From assembly GCF_006345805.1 (NCBI RefSeq), contig NC_042999.1:92566001-92630000 (forward strand): a stretch of DNA of 64,000 nucleotides, read 5' to 3'. The notes beneath the pieces are model-generated. The model did not search any database and was not told where the DNA came from. It saw nothing but the letters and a program-made list of their open reading frames with translations. A program made the translations under genes and the position numbers. Numbering within the stretch: position 1 is the stretch's first letter; the number at the start of each line of letters is the position of its first letter. Below, one piece after another: positions 39,148-55,419 of the stretch. This DNA is from Octopus sinensis (taxonomy: Eukaryota).

Positions 39148-39265
39148 AAAACGAACGATGTACACGAATAAAAATACAGAATACAGATAAAACGAACGAT
39201 GTACACGAATAAAAATACAGAATACAGATAAAACGAACGATGTACACGAATAAAAATACAGAATA
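39148..39265. repeat. 41-bp tandem repeat x~3 inside an unclassified interspersed repeat (38910-39715)
   Basis: Unit AAAACGAACGATGTACACGAATAAAAATACAGAATACAGAT. Confidence 0.85.
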
Positions 39266-40824
39266 CGTGACAACAATAAGGAAAGCACGAATAAGAATAC
39301 AAAAACGTAAAAACAATAACGGTAAGGATAAAAAACAAAACAAAACCAGGACGTAGGACAAGGGTCTTTCGACAGGACGAGTTGAGTTGGGGCTGGCTTA
39401 TGGAGTTGTGCCTTATGGCCGCGGGAGACAAACAAAAACGTGTTGCTTCGACGACTCCTGGAACGAAAAGGGCGCCCAGCAATGGCTAGCGGTCACGTGA
39501 GGACAAAAGACAGGAGAAAGGGACAGATGAAGAGAGAGAGAAGGTGGACGAGGGAGGAGAAGAAAGAGACAGATCGAGGGGAGTGGGGGTAAGAGATAGA
39601 GAAACGTAGGAGGGGGGGGGCGGAGGAGAGAGAAAGAAAGAAAGAAGGGGAATAAGGGAGGAGGAGAGAGAGAGAAGAGACAGTTCAAGAGTCGTATCAA
39701 GCTGGGAAAAATACTTACGTATAAGGACATATATATATACATATATAATTATATAATATATATTATATATATATAAAATTGGGATTTTAACTATAGTTCC
39801 GCAACTCCTATTTCAGGATAATCTTATTGTATGGAATACACATAGAAAGATATATCCAATAAGATATGTGTGCGTTTATGTGTGCGCCCGTGTGTATAAA
39901 AGCGTATGTGTTTGTATGTGCGTGGGGCTGTGTGGGTTAGGTATGTGTGCCTGTGCGTGTGTATGTGTGTGTGCGTTTGTGTACGGAGACAACAAAGCCA
40001 AGGCCGTGTGAAATTTTCAGGACCTTTATAAATCGAAAGTTAGTCTTACACCTTTTTCTGGGATATTAGGGATATCACTTCATTAGAGACGATGTGAGAT
40101 GGTTAAATAGAGGGAAATATTAGAGTTCAACATAAGGAATTATTTTTGAGAAGGAAGCAAATAAGAAGTATATAAGGAGAATGAATTTAGAAATAAAAAT
40201 TAAAATGTATAAAGATGTTATAGTTGCAGTCCCATTATCTAAAGAATGTGGTGTGTAGAAGTGGTAGAAATCTTCCTGTGCGTGGTATTTAAATTCCAAT
40301 AGGAGTTCATATTTTGTGATCACAAATGGAAAGTGTGAAGTCATAGATTCTATGTGCTGCTCATTCAAGGGGGTCTTTTGGTGTAAATGAAAATTTGAGA
40401 ATATAGTGGTAGTATTAAGTGGATAGATAAGGGAGAAGAGATGTGTATGTTAAAATGAAGAGAGCGTTTAAAGGAGAAGGTGAAAAAAGAAGAAGGAAAG
40501 AAGAAGAGAACATGAAATCAAAAATAGAAAATGAAAAAAGCATAAGGAAGTGAAAGAATGAAAAAAGGTGGTGAAGTTATTATAGGGGAGTGGTTGGAGT
40601 GGTTGGAATAGATAATGTAAGTAATGAATATGTGTGAGGTTTGCGCGGTGGGGGTGATAAATTCGAATGCCAGTAAGGAATGGGTACACAAAAGGGTATA
40701 GGAGAGGGGTTTCTAAAGTGAATAGTAAACCACAAAACGGAAGCGATTAATACTGAGAATGGTCAACTTTTTATAAATAGGCTTATGCTGTTATTTTTTT
40801 ATTGGCTGTTGGCTAATGTGATAG

Positions 40825-41047
40825 TGTGGAGCTGGCAGAACCGTTAGCAGGCCGGGCGAAATGCGTAGCCGTATTTCGTCTGTCGTTACGTTGAGTTCAA
40901 ATTCCGCTGAGGTCGACTTTGCCTTTCATCCTTTCGGTGTCGATAAATTAAGTACCAGTTACGCACTGGGGTTGATGTAATCGACTTAATCCCTTTGTCT
41001 GTACTTGCTTGTTCCCTCTATGTTTAGCCCCTTGTGGGCAATAAAGA
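40825..41047 (+). mobile_element. SINE family A
   Basis: Head with GAGTTCAAATTCC B box, GGTCGACTTTGCCTTTCATCCTTTCGG domain, tail AGCCCCTTGTGGGCAATAAAGA. Confidence 0.85.
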
Positions 41048-41339
41048 TATATATATATATATATTGGCTTTGGATATTTTTTTCGTATCGAAGAACGTTA
41101 AGATGAAAAAGTTCTTTTTATATTCCACGGCAGGCAACCAGGGTTCTGATTCAATCTTCCTTGCATCAGCATGCACCTTCTGGCGACTATGTAACCTTTA
41201 ATCAATATGTCCTTGGCATGAAGGGTAGCCGGCAGTATACACCTCGCTTGGATTTTACCACTTCTGAGGTTTCGCTCGCTATGAAACACTCTTATATTCT
41301 TATTCGCCACACCTAGCAACCTTGATCGCCTACCGTAGA

Positions 41340-41372
<33 letters not shown>

Positions 41373-41376
41373 ATAT

Positions 41377-41441
<65 letters not shown>

Positions 41442-41454
41442 CATACATACATAA

Positions 41455-41488
<34 letters not shown>

Positions 41489-41490
41489 CC

Positions 41491-41522
<32 letters not shown>

Positions 41523-41779
41523 ATATATATTATATATATATATGGTATACATATATGGTATACATATATGGTATAAGATTCCAAAACCTTGTGAGTAAAA
41601 TCAATAGTATTTAACTATATATATAGTTAGCAAGCTACTTACCGCGCAGCCACTCCTGCATGCGCATTATATATATATTATCTATATGTGTTCGTATATA
41701 TGTGTATAAATTATAATATATATGTGTTATATCTTAATAATAATAATAATAATGATATATATATATATATATATATTGC

Positions 41780-41975
41780 CATGTTGGATCGTTAGCCCCT
41801 ACACGCAATTTTTTTTTCTCTCCTTGTTTCTTTTCTGTGTATCTTTCTGTCGAAGAGCGTAGGCTCGAAACGTAAAAGACTTGTTTTATTTCTATTCCTG
41901 AGCGCCATACTAATACATTATTTGTTTGTACTCACCTGCCTTCGTCCTTTGATTATTTTCGTAACCTTCCGTTAC
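41780..41975 (+). mobile_element. Penelope-like terminal repeat remnant with minimal hammerhead motif (41842-41879)
   Basis: TCTTT-CTGTCGA-A-GAGC gtag GCTC-GAAA-CGTA-AAAGA. Homologous to 15845-16030. Confidence 0.6.
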
Positions 41976-41985
41976 ATTTATTTAT

Positions 41986-42028
<43 letters not shown>

Positions 42029-42377
42029 ATCTTTCATGGTAGGCACCATAGCCTTGGGTATTTTTTATCTCATTCCGAAAAAAAAATTATATACACACAC
42101 GCTGATATAAGACCTACGTTGGATAATCACCGAACCTGGAGCTTAACTATGGCCTATCCATACCACTTACTCTGCATTACCTGACACCTTTGGGTTTTAC
42201 TGACACCGTTACCTCTCATAACCTCACTCTCTCTATATATATATATGTATATACGTATATATATATATTTATATATATATATGCAATACAATGTAATTTT
42301 ACATCCATCGTTCACATCTCGATGTTTCTAGGTGTTTCCCTTTTTCCTCTTAGATCCATATATATAAATATGGAATG

Positions 42378-42752
42378 GAAGCAATCCGTCGGTTACGACG
42401 ACGAGGGTTCCGGTTGATCTGAATCAACTGAACAACCTGCTCGTGAAATTAACGTGTAAGTGGCTGTGCACTCCACAGACACACGTACCCTCAACGTAGT
42501 TCTCGGGGATATTCAGCGTGAGTGACAAGGCCGGCCCTTTGAAATACAGGTACAACAGAAACAGGAAGTAAGAATGAGAGAAAGTTGTGGTGAAAGAGTA
42601 CAGCAGGGATCACCACGATCCCCTGCCAGAGCGTCGTGGAGCTTTAGGTGTTTTCGCTCAATAAACACTCACAACGCCCGGTCTGGGAATCGAAACCGCG
42701 ATCCTATGACCGCGTGTCTGCTGCCCTAATCACTGGGCCATTGCACCTCCAC
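42378..42752 (-). mobile_element. SINE family B variant (same 3' tail, different middle)
   Basis: tRNA head ATGGCCCAGTGATTAGGG...GGTTTCGATTCCC. The 3' ~170 bp match 10695-10873, and the central ~100 bp differ. Confidence 0.8.
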
Positions 42753-42997
42753 ACACACCACCACACACGCACACACACACACACATATATATATATGTAT
42801 GTATATATGTATAAATGCATATATATAATATATACATATATATAAATATATATACATATAATATATCATATATATATTATTATTATTAAAATAACACATA
42901 TATATTATATATTATAAAATATAACACATATATATATATATTATAAAATATAACACATATATATATTAAATATACACATATATACAAACATATATAG

Positions 42998-43067
<70 letters not shown>

Positions 43068-43072
43068 GCACA

Positions 43073-43435
43073 TGCAGGAGTGGCTGCGTGGTAAGTAGCT
43101 TGCTAACGAAACACATGATTCTGGGTTCAGCCCCAATGCGTGGTAACTTGGGCACGTTTCAACTTCTATAGACTTCTCAGTAGATTTGGTAGACGGAAAC
43201 TGAAAGAAGCCCGTGGATATATATATGTTTGTGTGTCTATGTTTGTCCTCACATCATCGCTGGACAACCGATGTTGGTGTGCCTAAGTGGCCGTAACTTA
43301 GCGGTTCGGTAAAATAGTGCGATACAATAAGTACTAGGCTTACAAGGAATATGTTCTGGGTTCGATTTGTTCGACTAAAGGCGGTACTTCAGCATGGCCA
43401 CAGCCAAGTGACTTAAACAAATAAAAGAGTAAAAA
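43073..43435 (+). mobile_element. SINE family C
   Basis: Head GCAGGAGTGGCTGCGTGGTAAG...GGGTTCAGCCCC, internal microsatellite, A-rich end. Several homologous copies occur in the window. Confidence 0.7.
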
Positions 43436-43652
43436 AGGATATGTAATGCATTAACTTATATATTATATGCATATTATACGCTTATACATATTATCTCTCC
43501 CACCGTATATGTATATGAATGCACGCGCGTGTATATATATATACACATACATACATACATATATATATTATTATTATCATTATTATTATGAGTCTTTATG
43601 CATGTAAGTGCTTTCTGCGAATATATTCTATATATATATATATATCTTTGCA

Positions 43653-43690
<38 letters not shown>

Positions 43691-44272
43691 TGGTCATATA
43701 TAGAAAAGCAGAAATGCAATACAATGTAATTTTACATCCATCGTTCACATCTCGGTGTTTCTAAGTGTTTCCCTTTTTCCTCTTCGATCCATTATATTAT
43801 GTTGTTGACACGTGTGAAATATCATAAAAAACTTCTATAAACTTCTATGTTCAAAGTCTTAATGTCCATCATATTAATGTATTCTTTCTCATCACATCAT
43901 TTATAAAGCTTTATTGCTTAATATTCAGCATTTGTGTTGTCTTTCTTACCTTCAATAAGTACCTATGCAGAAAATATTCCCGTTTGAAGATATTTCTTGT
44001 AATTGCAGACTCGTAACGTATCATTTTCCTAAATTCTAATATACTCGTATACACATTGACTGGAAAGTATACATCTATAAATACGTACAAACATACTTGC
44101 TAAAGTATCCACATATAGAAGAAATCATGGGACCAGAATCGCTAAAACACATAAACACTCGTATAATTATTTGTAACATTTACCTATAGAAACACAGCCA
44201 CATACGTATGCATAAAAGTGTATGTCAATGTATCTCTCTCTTTCTCTCTCTCTCTCAATGTCTCTCCGTATG

Positions 44273-44321
<49 letters not shown>

Positions 44322-44548
44322 CATATATATATGTATATATACATAGATACGTACGTAATATATATATATAAATAAAATAAAGAAAATATGCAAGAAACTT
44401 GCGCATACTGTTGTATATAGCTTACACGTGTCATATATTATAAATATATACATATATATACATATGCACTCTCAGATATGTATATATGTACACACACACC
44501 ACACACACACACATATATATATATATATACACATAATAAATATATGTA

Positions 44549-44590
<42 letters not shown>

Positions 44591-44954
44591 CCAAAAATGC
44601 AGAAAATATGCAAGAAACACACATATACTGTTGTATATGGAATACACATACCGTTAATATATAATATATATATATAAAATTACTAAACACATCCGCATAT
44701 ATATATATACATATACATATACATATTACATATTATATATATATATATATATAACATATATATATATATGTATGTATGTTTGTTTATATGTATGTTATAT
44801 ATATATATATGTGTATGTATATATATATATATTTACACATATACCCACATACATACAGATATATACTCATATTCACACTCACACATTTGAAGACTATACA
44901 CAACAATTATTCATGTATAATATTCACAGAGACGATATATATATATATATAATA

Positions 44955-44995
<41 letters not shown>

Positions 44996-45039
44996 CCAAA
45001 CAAGAAAACACAGAAAAAAACAGCAACGCGAGGACGTGG

Positions 45040-45175
45040 AACAATTAAAGTATTATTTGACGCTCAGGAAAGAAGGGAAGGAGGGTTTAACGTTTCGAGC
45101 GGAGCTCTTCGTCGGAAACAAGGAGAAGGAAAGATCCCAAGAAGGGAAGACAGAGGAAAAAAATATTTTTGCTGG
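45040..45175 (-). mobile_element. Penelope-like terminal repeat remnant with hammerhead-like motif (45085-45120)
   Basis: Reverse complement GTTT-CCGACGA-A-GAGC tcc GCTC-GAAA-CGTT-AAAC. Flanks are homologous to 6340-6460. Confidence 0.55.
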
Positions 45176-46212
45176 TGGTGCTCAAGAGATCACATATATA
45201 TGTTTTGTGGAATGAAACACGTTGAATATTCTTGAATCATATTTCATAAAAAATCTTAATTATAAATTGTACGATTTATAATTTTAATCCCTTTGTCTTT
45301 CCGCAGATCCCTTGTGATCAGGAACCACTCCCCGAATACATTTAATTTGCTTAAATTCAAATATATCGTCAGAATATATCACCATGATACCTAGATTCAG
45401 CATTTTAGGCAAAATATTATTTAAATAAACTGTTCACTTCAGTTGCTTACCCTCAACACATTCATACATTCACTGACACACACACTACAACAGAACAAGT
45501 AACGAGCAGGGCGTCATTTGCTAAGTTTTCTTGTTTGTGTATATGTATTGCAACACAGGGATACCACTTAGAAGAATATCTCTTCTGCTTTCTCTGAGTA
45601 CACACATACGCATGCGTGTATGTGTGCGCGCACACGCACACACAGAGTGATTGCTTCATATTCGCAAATGATTGCCGTCTGTTTACGCTTCCTCGTTGTT
45701 AATGATTTGGGTGAATGCTCTCTACCTAAAATGAGCTGCTTGCTCGAAAGAATCTCCACTAAAGCCGGTCCCTGTCACGGAACGACACAACAACGATGTT
45801 TGAATAAGTCTTCTGCTACGCATGTGAGAATTTGCAACTGAGTGCTTCCAACTGGTTAAATCTGCATAATCACTACTCTTCCACTGCTATCGGACTTTAA
45901 TTAGATGCAATAATAGATAAGGTCACCACACACAGAGAATTTTACCTCGTATTATAGAGATGAACGCTTGTACAGCATGAATCCCACGCTCTGAGGTTCT
46001 GTATTTAGTACCTTTAACAAGGCAAAGTGAGATGACCAGCAATCATGTGAAACCACAAGTTTTAAATCAGAAAGTCCCAGAATGATACTGTAACAACTAA
46101 GTGTCCTTTACTCCTCAAACTCTGGAACTCCCAAACCAGGTACTCTCAAACAGATATCGTCTAAAATCATAGTCAGGAGACATACTTACACACATATACA
46201 CATACATGCATG

Positions 46213-49630
<3,418 letters not shown>

Positions 49631-51506
49631 TCAGGGATGCCCCCTCTCGGCGCTTCTATACGTATTGACTCTTGAGCTACTACTGCGGAAGCTGGCGACT
49701 CTAAGGGGCATCCCGCGAGAATTGGGATGCGAGACGAGCGTGTCTGCATACGCGGACGACGTCACCGTCATAGTGTCTAGCCACGAGCACATCGAGCTGG
49801 TCGGCGAGACACTGAAAAACTACGAAGCGGTGACAGGAGCGAAAATCAACCGGGAAAAGTCAGTGGGCTTGCGACTAGGCACCTGGAGAAGCAAGCCCAA
49901 GCCGTCCACCAGCGCCTCCGTCGTGGGACGCTGGACCGACGGCCCGGTTGAGTTGCTCGGGGTCTGGTTTGGTCCGGACCTCCAAGTGGAGAAGAACTGG
50001 AACGAGATAACGAGTAGGGTGGTCACTCTCGCCCGGCAATGGGCCGAGAGGAAACTGTCCCTAAAAGGTCGGGCGGAGGTGGCGAACACGTACATCGCGT
50101 CCGTCATCAACTACCACCTGACCGTCGTACCTTGTCCCGACCCTACCATCACCAAACTACAACGCATTCTCTTTCGCTTCTTGTGGAAACGATGCATCCC
50201 GATGGTCAGGCGATCCATTTGCTGTCAACACCCGTTAAAAGGAGTGCTGGGCATGCCGTGGTTGATGATGCGCAGACACGCACTAAGACTGCGACATCTC
50301 TGGCTCTATGTAGACGACGGTGAACAGGTGTGGTCGCCGTTTGTGAGGCACGCTTTCCCGCAGCTCGTCTCCATGACCGAACTGCAGTCGTGGATCAAAA
50401 AGAGGCCGAGGAGGGGCGAATGGCACCGCGAGTGTCGCGTTGCTCTCAAGCAACTCTGCCGTCCTGGGTCGACCTTAAGTGACTTCAACACAACCAAAGC
50501 ATTCTATAGGGGTTTAGTGGAGGGGAGGTACGACGACGAGCTCGGGGCGAACCTGGACGTCGACGAGGAGTACCTGACCCGCCTGTTCAGGACGACTTTC
50601 GGGCCAGGGCCCATGGACAACTTCCAGAGATCCCTGGCCTGGCAGTGCTACCGAGAAGCGCTACCCGTTCGGGATAAGCTCTACAGACACGGCTCGAGAA
50701 ACACGGGGCCGACCTGCCCGAGATGCGGTCAGAGCGATGAAACCGTTCTGCACGCACTCGTTCAGTGTCCAACAATTTCCGTCCTGTGGGCTTATGTCGA
50801 ACAACTGCTGTCACGTGTGGGACGAGTCGGTTTATCAGCTGAGTCTATGGTCAATATTGTCACGCCTCCTTCCTTCAAACGGGAAGGAAGAGCTATTTTC
50901 ATCATCCTTGTGGCTATGGCGAAAGAATGTATCTGGTGGACGCGTCTGAAAGGATTGGAGACAAACACTTTCCTCTCTGGTCAATCTCTCATCAACTTCT
51001 TCAAGTACCACTTGAAAAGGAAAGTGAGAGTAGAGAGGCAAGTTTTGTCTAGCGAATGTTTTAAAAAAAGATGGGTGAATGTAGCAAGAATAGCACGTAT
51101 GAATGACGAAGCCACCTTGAGCATAGTCCTATGAACCCAGAAATCGAAAACAGAGAGTTGCTTATTTGCAAAAAAAAAAAAAAGAAATATAAAATGTGAC
51201 TTCATTGACCGAGGTTACCGTGGTCTTTTCCGTAGGCTTTACTTTCCACGGGTAAACCTCACCTGTCCTCCCCTTTACACTTCATATTGACATTTCTGTG
51301 ATAACGATCCCTATTGATCAATTTTTTTTTTCCTCTCCCCCTTTTTTTTTTAACCCCCCTTTTTTTTGTCCTCTTTCTCTCCTTTTACGATCCCTTTTGA
51401 TCGAAACTCCCCCTTCCTTTTTTTTTTTTTTAAACCTTCAAAAGAAAAGCTCTACCTTGTAATTTGATCTATCTGTGTGCAGCCCTGTGTGGCTAATAAA
51501 GAAACA
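49631..51506 (+). mobile_element. Tx1-clade LINE, 5'-truncated copy 2
   Basis: Highly similar to copy 1 from QGCPLS onward. Ends GCAGCCCTGTGTGGCTAATAAAGAAAC followed by (TATC)n. Confidence 0.93.
49632..51134 (+). CDS. Tx1 ORF2 C-terminal part (RT4-7, thumb, zinc finger), uninterrupted but 5'-truncated
   Basis: Open frame QGCPLSALLYVL...VSAYADDVTV...CPRCGQSDETVLHALVQC...stop. The endonuclease and RT0-3 are missing. Confidence 0.8.
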   Translation, partial: QGCPLSALLYVLTLELLLRKLATLRGIPRELGCETSVSAYADDVTVIVSSHEHIELVGETLKNYEAVTGAKINREKSVGLRLGTWRSKPKPSTSASVVGRWTDGPVELLGVWFGPDLQVEKNWNEITSRVVTLARQWAERKLSLKGRAEVANTYIASVINYHLTVVPCPDPTITKLQRILFRFLWKRCIPMVRRSICCQHPLKGVLGMPWLMMRRHALRLRHLWLYVDDGEQVWSPFVRHAFPQLVSMTELQSWIKKRPRRGEWHRECRVALKQLCRPGSTLSDFNTTKAFYRGLVEGRYDDELGANLDVDEEYLTRLFRTTFGPGPMDNFQRSLAWQCYREALPVRDKLYRHGSRNTGPTCPRCGQSDETVLHALVQCPTISVLWAYVEQLLSRVGRVGLSAESMVNIVTPPSFKREGRAIFIILVAMAKECIWWTRLKGLETNTFLSGQSLINFFKYHLKRKVRVERQVLSSECFKKRWVNVARIARMNDEATLSIVL

Positions 51507-51551
<45 letters not shown>

Positions 51552-52374
51552 GTCTGTCTGTCAACCTGTCTGTCTATCTATTTATCTATCTATTTATACA
51601 TACATACATACATACATATATACATACATACATGCATACATATATACATACATACATGCATACATATACAAACACACGTACAGCAGCATACACAGAACGA
51701 CCGAATACATTTACATAAATACAAAAACACATTTACATACACGGTCACGTGCTCTAAATCACATGCATAATAAAAACAAGACAATATGTATGCGCTTACG
51801 GTTTGAATAATTTGAATGATTTGAATGTAATGCAGATGATATAACTGACAAGTTGTTTTAATAACTTTGAATAAAAAGAAATATGCACGGGGTGCGACTG
51901 TACTTTTGTAGTTAGATGCGTGTGTAAAAGCTATGCTTAAAATATTTATCAGCCCTGTGTGAAACGTAAGTTAAATAGTAGAGAGAGGTGTGAGATGTCT
52001 TATGAACGTGGAACGAAAGGCATAACCTCCGCCTGGAAATATGATTTTTACCGAGATATTAAATCAAGGTCTTTCTTTTTAACAAACATTATTGAAGGTT
52101 CCCTTTATCTTTAATCACGAAAACTAAAACAGTTTCTTTAATACCTGTCAACTCCCATTAAAACTATCGATAGGCCAGTTGGTTATGTTCAGGTGTGCAT
52201 TGTAGCTAGCTTTGATTAGAATGATCAAATATAGTAATGTTAACCGCAAGCGAATTATACTTTTATCAAAGCTGCTCTCAGTTCAAATCCGGAGAATGAT
52301 CTGCTATAAGAATTTCCTCGCAACGTGTTTGTCTTATGGCAACGAATGAGATCAAGAAACGTATGTGTATATGC

Positions 52375-52420
<46 letters not shown>

Positions 52421-52653
52421 TGTGCAGGTGGGGTGTATGTCTGTTCACGTTTCCGATCTATGCAACAAAATCATGTAACAATAATCATAAATTTAAGTTT
52501 GACTCAACGAAACATGAGAAAATAACATGAAATTGTTTAATTCAATTCATAAATAGTTGAAAATTTTAGAAAAGGTTTAGTGGCTATAAATATAAGTGTA
52601 TACATAAATATACATAGATATATAAATATACACACATACATTTATATATATAT

Positions 52654-52695
<42 letters not shown>

Positions 52696-52744
52696 ATATT
52701 TATATATATATTTGCACACATCAGTAGTAATGGATATTTCAATA

Positions 52745-52977
52745 CCTATTTCTTTACTACCCACAAGGGGCTAAACACAGAGGGGACAAACTAGGACAGA
52801 CAAACGGATTAAGTCGATTATATCGACCCCAGTGCGTAACTGGTACTTTATTTATCGACCCCGAAAGGATGAAAGGCAAAGTCAACCTCAGTGGAATTTG
52901 AACTCAGAACGTAGCGACAGACGAAATACCGCTGAGCATTTCGCCCGGCGCGCTAACGTTTCTGCCAGCTCGCCGCC
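52745..52977 (-). mobile_element. SINE family A, full length
   Basis: Reverse complement is near-identical to 25375-25608. Confidence 0.88.
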
Positions 52978-53027
<50 letters not shown>

Positions 53028-53040
53028 CATATACATACAC

Positions 53041-53073
<33 letters not shown>

Positions 53074-54899
53074 TATATACACACACATACATAGATATAC
53101 ATATACATTCATATACATATGTGTACATATATAGACATATACATATATCTGTACATATATATATATACACAGATATGCATACACACACATACACATATAT
53201 ATATAGATGTATATATATATATACATATTTATTTCTAAGGAATACACGCGCTGGCCAATGAGAGGTCCTGTACGTGGCTAATTGCTTTGCTAGAAATTCC
53301 AGCGCAGTTATCCTCTGATCATATCCCACCATCTTAAAGAAGAATATATTTGATAATATATGTTAGGTTCCTATGTCTCCTATACATTGCAGAACAATGA
53401 GATGATAACAACTGGAACGCTTTTGGACACAAACTTGGTTAATCAGGACTGTATACATATCCACACGATTGCTCACACACACGACGAATGAACATGCAGA
53501 ATATAAAACTTTTCGCAAGTACATCATTAGAGACAATGACACATGTACATTAGGAAAATGCATGTTTAACATATTTACGAATGCACAGTACACTTCTTTA
53601 TAACACATGCGTAACGCATAGACACACAGACACATTGACACTCATACTCAACATACACCGAGCATAGAAACAGCCCCCTCCAACCCATAAAACCACAAGA
53701 GCGATAACATATAAACGGAAAAATACAAATACCAACAGAAACAACAAGTATACCCATATTGAGACAACGTATACATATGCATGTTGGGCATATATTCATA
53801 TCATATCACACCTCATTGCATCTTCAAAAGAACATTTATGTTTGTATATCATTGATGTATGTATATCATTACAAATATTTATAGCTTCAATATATGAACT
53901 GCTGAAAAAAATTATACGCCATATTGGTTTGTTTTATTACGTAGCGCGTATTATTACGTCACTGTATATATAACATAACGTTTATATAAACATTTTAACA
54001 TAGGCACAACGCCACACGTTCAAGGAAAATGGTTTGTTGATACTGGGGTACACAACTGTTACTTTATTCTATCGACACTATGAATGAAAGGCATAGTTGA
54101 TTGTGGGGATTTGAAGTAAGTTCCAGAGGGCACAACACCTCGCTATCCTCTCAGAAACAGTGGGCAGAGAAGATGGATGGACGACCGTTAAAACTCCGTT
54201 GATCATTTCTCAGTTGGAACAGAGCCGATCATGAGTTAAGCAACAGTAACTTAGATAAGACACACAAACTAATTGCAGATATATTATTGTAAACATAGAA
54301 AAAGCCAAAACTCGTGGTTTGTAACTACAGCAAAATGTCAATGTCAGAGTAAATTAAGAATGCTTGGAATAAGTATCTTTATTTTTCTATCGAATTTAAC
54401 TTTCTCAACTTCTTTCATTTTCAACTTTTCTACTCCTTGTTTATCAAATGTACCAGCGTTCCTATTGATTATGCTTTCATTTTGATCACTGGCTCCCAAC
54501 CAACTCTTGTGACCCTTCATCGACGTGTTCTAAATTCTTTTCTGTTTTTCCTTCTAGATATTCTACACTATTTCTTGTTATCCCTTAATATATATACATT
54601 CAGTCTTACAAGAAAATATACTGTCTCTGTGTGTCTCTGTCTCTCTCTGATGACGGCTCCATCTGGAAGTTTAGAACTTTTCTCTTCCTTAAGTTACTTC
54701 ATATAAATTCACCCCATATTTCTATTGTATTTTGTGAGAAGTTTGATCTTAAGGAATCGCCTTCAAACCACTCTCCATCATCTTAAATAGGGAAGAGTAT
54801 ATTAGATAATGTACTACTACTGACACGGTCTGAAGACAAAAGAGTCACGGTTAAAATGCCATTGGTCTGCTGGATTAGGGGTCAGGATGGGCGGTGGGT

Positions 54900-55400
54900 A
54901 AATATAATCAGAAAAACAATGCGCCGTTGAGGCAATTTCTGAGGCGTTCAATGTCCCCTCAGAAATTGAAGAAATGCATATTAAATTAGACTATTGTCAG
55001 ATACCCGGATGAAATTGATAAACGAGAACAGAGCGACTGCCTGATGCTAAAGGAACTCTACCATATAACAGATGTAAATTGCTTCAGGTAGAATTAAGAT
55101 GATGTAAATTACTAAGTAATGAACTTTACCTACCAATGGACCTGAAGAAAACAGACCATGAAAAGTTAGGCGATGGTAGCTTCAAAAATATAATGCTACA
55201 TAATGATCAAGGCATATCTTTAAGGATGCATGATAAATATAGATCACGTACTTTTCAGGATATTGCAGAAGCCACAGCTACCGTACATCGAAAAAGCCAT
55301 GCATTATTCATCATTCCCTACCTTAGTTGAAATGAGACCACGTACTGTGTAAGGTTTCTTCCAAGAAATATATTATGGCAATCTATTTATTAGACAGAAC
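54900..55400 (+). pseudogene. Possible piggyBac-like transposase remnant
   Basis: Weak resemblance of AKGTL.YNR and EKLGDGSF...ISLRMHDK to the piggyBac GT.R.NR...RG...W.DN region. Uncertain. Confidence 0.22.
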
Positions 55401-55419
55401 TGAAATTTTGAAATATGAA

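Noticed and set aside
39980-40800. Possible Penelope N-terminal remnant (LKFSFTPK) on the - strand
   Set aside because: Only one short motif, too decayed to support a call.
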